Positions 8,495-15,595 of a stretch of 24,000 nt of DNA are shown in pieces; position 1 is the first letter of the stretch; each line of letters begins with the position of its first letter. Made by a program: the position numbers and the translations under genes. This DNA comes from Thiobacillus sp. 63-78 (GTDB lineage: Bacteria > Pseudomonadota > Gammaproteobacteria > Burkholderiales > Thiobacillaceae), in assembly GCF_001899765.1 (NCBI RefSeq), contig NZ_MKWM01000073.1, positions 83,129 to 107,128 of the forward strand, in the 5' to 3' direction. Below the pieces are notes generated by a model. It made no database searches. It was not told where the DNA came from and was given only the letters and a program-made list of their open reading frames with translations.

Positions 8495-10297
8495 TCAGAT
8501 ATCCGGATGATCCAGGCAGGCCCGCAAGGCTTCCGCCAGGAGGTGCATGTCTTCGATAGCGGTCACATAAGGCGGCATCACATAAACCGTCTGGCCGACG
8601 GGGCGGATGAACACGCCGTGGTCCAGCGCCGCCCGATGGAAACGGGCCGCAAAACCGGGGCGGGTCTGCGCGACGTCAAATGCCCAGATCATCCCCCTAT
8701 GCCGGAAATGGCGTACCCGCGGATGCGCCGCCACGTCCGCCAGCAAGTCCGTGAATGCCTGAGCCTTGACGCGGTTGGCGTCGATGACCCGGTCGCTCTC
8801 GAAAATGTCCAGCACCGCCAGCGCCGCCCGGCAGGCAAGCGGATTGCCGGTGTAGGAATGCGAATGCAGGAAACCGCGGGCGGTGGCGTCGCCGTAGAAC
8901 GCAGCATAGACGGCGTCGGTCGTCAGTACCGCCGACAGCGGCAGATAGCCGCCGGTGAGGCCCTTGGACAGGCAGATGAAGTCGGGGCGGATCGCGGCCT
9001 GCCTCGGTCCTTCTCCCCTCTCCCGCTGGGAGAGGGGCTGGGGGTGAGGGTACGCGCCAGCATGCAAGGCAGTCCAAACCTCCGAGAGCACTGCCTCGGT
9101 TTCCTGCAATACCTGATTGTTCCAGAAACGCACGACCCGCAAACCCTGCTGCCCAAGCCACGCATCGCGACGGGCGTCACGTGCGGGCTCAGCATGCTGC
9201 CCCCCATCCAGCTCGATGACCAGGCCAGCCTCATGGCAATAAAAATCCAGCGTGTAGGGCGGCATGGGATGCTGCCGACGGAATTTATGTCCGCCCAGAC
9301 GGCGATCCCGCAGCAGATACCACATCAGGGATTCTGCGTCGGTTTGTTCGTGGCGCAGCTTGCGTGCGAATTCGATCGCTTCGGGGGGGATATCTGGAAA
9401 ACGCTGGGCGTCTTGGCCAACAGCGGCGCTCTTACCGCCTGCGCCCTCACCCCCGGCCCCTCTCCCCGGGGGAGAGGGGAGCGATGCCTGCTCGAACGCG
9501 AACATCGTGCCGGTGCGGCCGAAACCCACGGCAATCTCGTCGGCGATCAGGTGCACCCGATATTGGTCGCACAGTTCGCGCGCGCGGGTCAGGTACGCCG
9601 GGTGGTACATCGCCATGCCCGCCGCGCCCTGCACCAGCGGCTCGACGATGAAGGCGGCGGTGGTGGCGGCGTGCTCGGCCAGATGTGCTTCCAGCGCCTC
9701 TGCACAGCGCAGTGCCCAGGCCTCGGCCGATTCGCCGGGCTCGGCCCGCCGCGCATCCGGCGTCGGCACCTGTACGCTGTGGCGCAGCAAGGGCGCGTAG
9801 GTGTCCTTGAACAGCGGGATATCGGTCACCGACAGCGCACCGACGGTTTCGCCGTGGTAGCCGTTTTGCAGGCTGACGAACGCGTTTTTCTCCGGCTGCC
9901 CTGCGTTGCGCCAGTAGTGCGCGCTCATTTTCAGTGCGATTTCGGTGGCCGAGGCGCCGTCCGAGCCATAAAACGCATGGCCCAGCCCGGTCAGTGCAGC
10001 CAGCCGCTCGGACAGCTCCACCACCGGCGCATGCGTCGCGCCGGCCAGCATCACATGTTCGATCCTGCCGAGTTGATCGACGATGGCGGCATTGATGCGC
10101 GGATTGCAATGGCCGAACAGGTTGACCCACCAGCTGGATATCGCGTCCAGATAACGCCGTCCGCCGGGATCGATCAGCCACGCCCCCTCGCCGCGCGCGA
10201 TCGCCAGCGGCGGCGTGGCTTCCAGCGTTTTCATCTGGGTGCAGGGGTGCCAGACGGCGGCACGGGTGCGGCGGATCAAATCATGGTCTGTTGTCAT
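8495..10297 (-). CDS. bioA: adenosylmethionine-8-amino-7-oxononanoate aminotransferase (BioA) carrying a 163-codon in-frame insertion
   Basis: 600-aa ORF. Residues 1-270 and 436-600 are colinear with BioA: WHPCTQMK, LDAISSWWVNLFGHCNPRI, ADEIAVGFGRTGTMFAFEQA and, after the insert, IRPDFICLSKGLTGGYLPLSAV with the PLP lysine, then SYTGNPLACRAALA. Residues about 271-435 are foreign (see element 9002..9485). Without the insert the protein would be 437 aa, a normal BioA length. Confidence 0.85.
   Translation of the reverse strand: MTTDHDLIRRTRAAVWHPCTQMKTLEATPPLAIARGEGAWLIDPGGRRYLDAISSWWVNLFGHCNPRINAAIVDQLGRIEHVMLAGATHAPVVELSERLAALTGLGHAFYGSDGASATEIALKMSAHYWRNAGQPEKNAFVSLQNGYHGETVGALSVTDIPLFKDTYAPLLRHSVQVPTPDARRAEPGESAEAWALRCAEALEAHLAEHAATTAAFIVEPLVQGAAGMAMYHPAYLTRARELCDQYRVHLIADEIAVGFGRTGTMFAFEQASLPSPPGRGAGGEGAGGKSAAVGQDAQRFPDIPPEAIEFARKLRHEQTDAESLMWYLLRDRRLGGHKFRRQHPMPPYTLDFYCHEAGLVIELDGGQHAEPARDARRDAWLGQQGLRVVRFWNNQVLQETEAVLSEVWTALHAGAYPHPQPLSQRERGEGPRQAAIRPDFICLSKGLTGGYLPLSAVLTTDAVYAAFYGDATARGFLHSHSYTGNPLACRAALAVLDIFESDRVIDANRVKAQAFTDLLADVAAHPRVRHFRHRGMIWAFDVAQTRPGFAARFHRAALDHGVFIRPVGQTVYVMPPYVTAIEDMHLLAEALRACLDHPDI
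9013..9050. repeat. hairpin module, left terminal inverted repeat of the bioA cassette
   Basis: CCCCTCTCCC (9015-9024), loop GCT, GGGAGAGGGG (9028-9037), followed by CTGGGGGTGAGGG (9038-9050). Confidence 0.8.
9074..9376 (-). other. DUF559 (Vsr-like, PD-(D/E)xK-fold) endonuclease domain embedded in the bioA reading frame
   Basis: The translation FARKLRHEQTDAESLMWYLLRDRRLGGHKFRRQHPMPPYTLDFYCHEAGLVIELDGGQHAEPARDARRDAWLGQQGLRVVRFWNNQVLQETEAVLSEVW matches the characteristic DUF559 pattern: AR.LR...T.AE..LW..LR......KFRRQ.P...Y..DF.C......IE.DG..H.....D..RD..L...G..V.RF.N..V. Confidence 0.75.
9444..9481. repeat. hairpin module, right terminal inverted repeat of the bioA cassette
   Basis: CCCTCACCCCC (9444-9454), GGC, CCCCTCTCCCC (9457-9467), then GGGGAGAGGGG (9469-9479). 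Its reverse complement aligns with 9013-9050 with only a few mismatches or indels. Confidence 0.8.
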
Positions 10298-10456
10298 GGG
10301 AGCTGATGGTCAAACTATCCGGCGCCTGCTCTCACCTTCGTCATCGGCAATGCGAACGGCTCATCCTGTCTGGTGACCCTGGCCAATACTGTACACCGGA
10401 CAGGCCCTGCCTTCGAGACGGTATGCGTGCCGGCCCACGCGTCCATCATGCGTGCG

Positions 10457-10816
10457 TCAATCGTGCCGGGCCGGTGCCAGACACGCGTCCAGCGCGTGCT
10501 CCATATCGCTCAGGACGGTTCCCATCACGAGCCCGGCGCAGTGGTGGTACAGGAACAGTTCGCAGGCGACCGGCCGGGTGAGATCGTCACGGCCACTGCT
10601 GGCGAATGCCCGCCAGACGAGAATCAGCTGATCCTCGGTCAGCGTGTCGATGCAGCGCCAGGCGTCATCGGTCAGTATCATTTCCAGTCCGCGATGCCGG
10701 GGCAGGCCGAGCCGCAATGGCTGGCCGCGCCGGATCAGGGCAAGCCGCACGCGGTTGTAGCACGTCGCCGATATCGTTTTCGGCATGACGCGAAGAGGTT
10801 GCGGATCGTCCGGCAT
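10457..10816 (-). CDS. hypothetical protein (orphan ORF distal to cbbX)
   Basis: 119-aa ORF on the same strand as the cbb operon. Strong G/C preference at third codon positions and a protein-like composition (…LTEDQLILVWRAFASSGRDDLTRPVACELFLYHHCAGLVMGTVLSDMEHALDACL…). No convincing SD at any of the three candidate ATGs (10816, 10786, 10681). No family recognised. Confidence 0.4.
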   Translation of the reverse strand: MPDDPQPLRVMPKTISATCYNRVRLALIRRGQPLRLGLPRHRGLEMILTDDAWRCIDTLTEDQLILVWRAFASSGRDDLTRPVACELFLYHHCAGLVMGTVLSDMEHALDACLAPARHD

Positions 10817-10866
10817 GAGACGCAGGACCTTCTATCCGCAGAGCCGGGTACGGCGGCCTTTCATGA

Positions 10867-11820
10867 CTAGCCGCCGGCGTCGCTGTCGGCGCGGCCTTCG
10901 CTGAAGACGCGGCTTGCCAGGATATCTCCGGCCTCGATGGTCATGAGATCGGTCTTGGACAGGGTTTTCGACGTACTGGCGAACAGGCGGTTGGCCTGGC
11001 GCAGGCGCGCACGGTCGAGGGCGTTGCGGACCGAGCGTGCATTGGCGAAATGTTCGAGTTTCATGCGGATCGTCAGGTACTCGAAAAACGCCTTCTCCGC
11101 CTCCGCGCTGAAGCGATAGTTCTGCGCCGCCAGCATCAGCCGGGCGATCGCGAGGAGCTCTTCCGCGCGATAGTCGGGAAAGTCGATGTGGTGGGCGATG
11201 CGCGAGCGCATGCCGGGGTTGCTGTGGAAGAATCTGTCCATGCGATCCTTGTAGCCGGCCAGGATCACGACCAGATCTTCGCGATTGTTTTCCATCACCT
11301 GCAACAGGATTTCGATCGACTCGGCACCGTAGTCGCGCTCGTTCTCGGGCTTGTACAGGTAGTAGGCTTCGTCGATGAACAGCACGCCGCCCATGGCCTT
11401 CTTGATGACCTCCTTGGTCTTGGGCGCCGTGTGTCCGATGTACTGGCCGACGAGGTCGTCGCGCGTGACCGATACCAGATGGCCTTCGCGCACATAGCCC
11501 AGACGGTGCAGGATTTCGGCCATGCGCAGGGCGACGGTGGTCTTGCCGGTGCCCGGGTTGCCGGTAAACGACATGTGCAGGGTCGGCGTCTCCGATGTCA
11601 GCGCGAACCGTTTGCGCAGCCGGTCGACCAGCAGCAGCGCCGCGATTTCTCGAATGCGCGTTTTGACGGGCATGAGCCCGATCAGTTCTCGATCGAGTTT
11701 GTCGAGCACCTCCTGAACGTTGGAGGCCTGGAATTCGGCATCGAGATTCACCAGCGTGTCGTCCGTGGCGCTCGCCGCGTCCCGTGACGCCACCTGTTCG
11801 TTGTCTTTCGTCATAGCCAT
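10867..11820 (-). CDS. cbbX: CbbX, red-type RuBisCO activase (AAA+ ATPase)
   Basis: 317 aa. Walker [21 protein letters not shown], Walker [14 protein letters not shown], plus ILAGY.DRM..F...NPG..SRI..HI.FPDY, all characteristic of CbbX. Located downstream of red-type cbbLS. Confidence 0.93.
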   Translation of the reverse strand: MAMTKDNEQVASRDAASATDDTLVNLDAEFQASNVQEVLDKLDRELIGLMPVKTRIREIAALLLVDRLRKRFALTSETPTLHMSFTGNPGTGKTTVALRMAEILHRLGYVREGHLVSVTRDDLVGQYIGHTAPKTKEVIKKAMGGVLFIDEAYYLYKPENERDYGAESIEILLQVMENNREDLVVILAGYKDRMDRFFHSNPGMRSRIAHHIDFPDYRAEELLAIARLMLAAQNYRFSAEAEKAFFEYLTIRMKLEHFANARSVRNALDRARLRQANRLFASTSKTLSKTDLMTIEAGDILASRVFSEGRADSDAGG

Positions 11821-11834
11821 GTTGAAAAGCTCCG

Positions 11835-12389
11835 CTAACGCACCCGCACCAGGCCGGACTCCACCTCATCGCGCTTGGCGCGGCCCGCGAGCTGCTCCAC
11901 CAGCGCAAGTGCGAAATCGATGGAGGTGCCCGGGCCGCGCGACGTGACGATATTGCCGTCCGTGACGACGGCCTCTTCATGATAATGAACGCCATCGATC
12001 GCGACCTGGTCCCGGAACTTCGGATTGCTGGTCGCGTTCCGGCCCGCCAGGTGGCCGTAGGCGGCAAGGATCGACGGCGCGGCGCAGATCGCCGCGGTAT
12101 AGCGGTCCTTTTGCGTGTAGCGGTCGAGCAGGGTCTTGATGCGCGCGTCTTCGTGCAGGTGCTTGACGCCGGGCATGCCGCCCGGGAGCACCACCATGTT
12201 GAAGTCCTGACTCATCACGGCATCGAGCGGCGCGTCAGGCACCACAACCGTCTCGCGCGATCCCTTGACCGGGCCGTCCTGGAGGCCCGCGACCACCACC
12301 TTGATGCCGGCGCGGCGCAGCACGTCGATAATGCTCACCGCCTCCAGCTCCTCGAATCCTTCCGCCAGGGGTATCAGTACGCTCGCCAT
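11835..12389 (-). CDS. DJ-1/PfpI family protein (YajL/DJ-1 subfamily)
   Basis: 184 aa. [28 protein letters not shown] (conserved Glu), nucleophile-elbow Cys in [16 protein letters not shown], and [30 protein letters not shown] 6 nt upstream of ATG 12389. Confidence 0.85.
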   Translation of the reverse strand: MASVLIPLAEGFEELEAVSIIDVLRRAGIKVVVAGLQDGPVKGSRETVVVPDAPLDAVMSQDFNMVVLPGGMPGVKHLHEDARIKTLLDRYTQKDRYTAAICAAPSILAAYGHLAGRNATSNPKFRDQVAIDGVHYHEEAVVTDGNIVTSRGPGTSIDFALALVEQLAGRAKRDEVESGLVRVR

Positions 12390-12410
12390 GACGATCTCCT
12401 TGATCTCGTT

Positions 12411-12446
12411 GAAAAACCGGCGACGGGCCTGACACGGCTCGTCGCC
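12411..12446 (-). terminator. intrinsic terminator/attenuator hairpin after cbbS
   Basis: Reverse strand: GGCGACGAGCC, loop GTGTCA, GGCCCGTCGCC (11-bp stem with 1 mismatch), followed by GGTTTTTC. It lies between the cbbS stop (12454) and the DJ-1 start (12389). Confidence 0.5.
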
Positions 12447-12453
12447 AGACCAC

Positions 12454-12891
12454 TCAAGTGTAGCGTTCGCCTTCCGGCCGGTCCGTCGCGTAGGAATGCA
12501 CGGTGTAGTGGACAGTACGACCGGCGCCTTCCTGCCGCGTCAGACGGAAGCCGGGCTCCTTCTTCGGCCGGTTGACGATGTAGGACATCCGCGGCGATTC
12601 GACGCCGCGCGAACTGTCGAACGCGGTGACGCGAATGTAGCAGCCGGGAAAGGTCTTGCGGCAGTTGTTGACCTCCATCAGGATCCCGGCCGGATCCTTG
12701 AGGTCGAACATCGGCATGCCGAACATCTCCCAATAGGTATTGCGCGGATGCGGGTCGTCGGTGTATTCGACGTTGACGGCCCAGCCGTTGCCCAGCGCAT
12801 ATTTGATCTGCGCGGTGATCTCCTTGTCGGTGAGATCGGGCATGAATGAAAACTGGCCCTGGGTGAGGCGATTGCCTGGATTGGTCATCAT
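12454..12891 (-). CDS. cbbS: RuBisCO small subunit, red-type form I
   Basis: 145 aa. [57 protein letters not shown]... with the C-terminal beta-hairpin extension typical of red-type (form IC/ID) small subunits. Confidence 0.95.
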   Translation of the reverse strand: MMTNPGNRLTQGQFSFMPDLTDKEITAQIKYALGNGWAVNVEYTDDPHPRNTYWEMFGMPMFDLKDPAGILMEVNNCRKTFPGCYIRVTAFDSSRGVESPRMSYIVNRPKKEPGFRLTRQEGAGRTVHYTVHSYATDRPEGERYT

Positions 12892-12925
12892 GATGTGATT
12901 TCCTTGTATGAGTTAAATGGCCGGA

Positions 12926-14575
<1,650 letters not shown>

Positions 14576-15478
14576 ATGCGTCACAGTACCTTGCGACAAC
14601 TGGAAGTATTCTCGACCATTGCCCGTCTGGGCAGCTTTACCCGCGCGGCGGAAGAGCTTTTTCTGACCCAGCCGACCGTCTCGATGCAGATCAAGAAACT
14701 GACGGACGCCGTGGGTCTCCCGCTGTTCGAACAGATCGGCAAAAAGATGTACCTCACCGACGCCGGCCGCGAGCTCCAGCAGACCTGCGACGGCATCTTC
14801 GAACACTTTTCCCGCTTCGAGATGGCCATCGCCGACATGAAAGGGCTCAAGAAGGGCACGCTCAAACTTGCCGTCGTCACCACCGCGAAATATTTCGCGC
14901 CGCGCCTGCTGGGGCCGTTCTGCCAGGCGCATTCGGGGGTCGACGTGTCGCTCAAGGTCTCGAACCGTGAGCGGGTGCTCGAACGACTGGCCGGCAACCA
15001 GGACGATCTGTACATCCTGGGCCAGCCGCCGGAAGACATCGACGCGATGGCCGAACCTTTTCTGGAAAATCTGCTGGTCGTGCTGGCGCCCGCGAGCCAC
15101 CCGCTCGCGAAAGACAGGAACATTCCGCTGTCGCGCCTTGCCAAGGAACCGTTTCTGGTGCGCGAGCCCGGCTCCGGCACGCGCGCGGCAGTGGAAAGAC
15201 TGTTCGCGTCGAAAAAGATCATCCCGAAGGTGCGCATGGAACTCGGAAGCAACGAGGCCATCAAGCAGGCCATCGTGGGCGGCCTGGGCATTTCGGTGCT
15301 CTCGCGTCACACCCTCTCGCTGGATGCGCCGCTGGGCCACATCGCCATTCTCGACGTGGAGAATTTTCCGATCAGACGGCATTGGTATGTCGCCTATCCG
15401 CGTGGCAAAAAACTTTCGGTGATCGCGCAGGCGTTTCTCGAATATCTGAAACAGGCGCCGAAACTGACCCCGATGTAG
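14576..15478 (+). CDS. cbbR: LysR-family transcriptional regulator CbbR (form I operon)
   Basis: 300 aa. N-terminal wHTH LRQLEVFSTIARLGSFTRAAEELFLTQPTVSMQIKKLTDAVGLPLFEQIGKK, LysR substrate-binding domain. Divergent from cbbL. Confidence 0.88.
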   Translation: MRHSTLRQLEVFSTIARLGSFTRAAEELFLTQPTVSMQIKKLTDAVGLPLFEQIGKKMYLTDAGRELQQTCDGIFEHFSRFEMAIADMKGLKKGTLKLAVVTTAKYFAPRLLGPFCQAHSGVDVSLKVSNRERVLERLAGNQDDLYILGQPPEDIDAMAEPFLENLLVVLAPASHPLAKDRNIPLSRLAKEPFLVREPGSGTRAAVERLFASKKIIPKVRMELGSNEAIKQAIVGGLGISVLSRHTLSLDAPLGHIAILDVENFPIRRHWYVAYPRGKKLSVIAQAFLEYLKQAPKLTPM

Positions 15479-15595
15479 CCGATCCCGAGGTGGCCTCAGC
15501 GTGGCGCGCAGGCCGCCGGTGAAGCGCGTTTTTCACCCGCTGGAAGATTGCCCACGCAGTGCCGGCCCGCCCAGCCCGAAGCGCCGCCGCCGACC

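Larger units (their letters stand above)
9002..9485 (-). mobile_element. small TIR-bounded cassette encoding a DUF559 nuclease domain, inserted in frame in bioA
   Basis: Bounded by imperfect inverted repeats (9013-9050 and 9444-9481) and a direct repeat GCCTG(C) at 8997-9001/2 and 9486-9490/1. The repeat-to-repeat distance is 489 bp, or 163 codons. The interior encodes a DUF559-type domain on the same strand and in the same frame as bioA. Confidence 0.6.

Noticed and set aside
8997-9490. Possibility that the bioA insert is an intein
   Set aside because: There is no His-Asn plus Cys/Ser/Thr at the C-terminal junction (it reads ...PRQAA/IRPD), and no intein splicing blocks or LAGLIDADG/HNH domain. 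The ends are DNA-level inverted repeats with a flanking direct repeat, which points to DNA insertion rather than protein splicing.
8507-10306. 599-aa plus-strand ORF spanning the whole bioA locus
   Set aside because: It is antisense to a reading frame with unambiguous BioA and DUF559 homology. The translation is Arg/Gly/Gln/His-rich with no recognisable motifs. This is a typical high-GC shadow ORF.
10373-10870. 165-aa plus-strand ORF between bioA and cbbX
   Set aside because: Its composition is less protein-like than the overlapping minus-strand 119-aa ORF. It would run convergently into the cbbX stop and has no SD.
10832-12067. 411-aa minus-strand ORF overlapping cbbX and the DJ-1 gene out of frame
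   Set aside because: The translation is extremely Arg/Pro/Gly/His-rich. The alternative frames give clean CbbX and DJ-1 proteins with their own SD sequences.
15518-15537. GGTGAA-N8-TTCACC hairpin between the convergent cbbR and cbbO ends as a bidirectional terminator
   Set aside because: The stem is only 6 bp with an 8-nt loop and no clean U-tract on either strand, which is too weak to call. Its only note is a resemblance to the GGTGAA/TTCACC termini of the 18041-18182 element.
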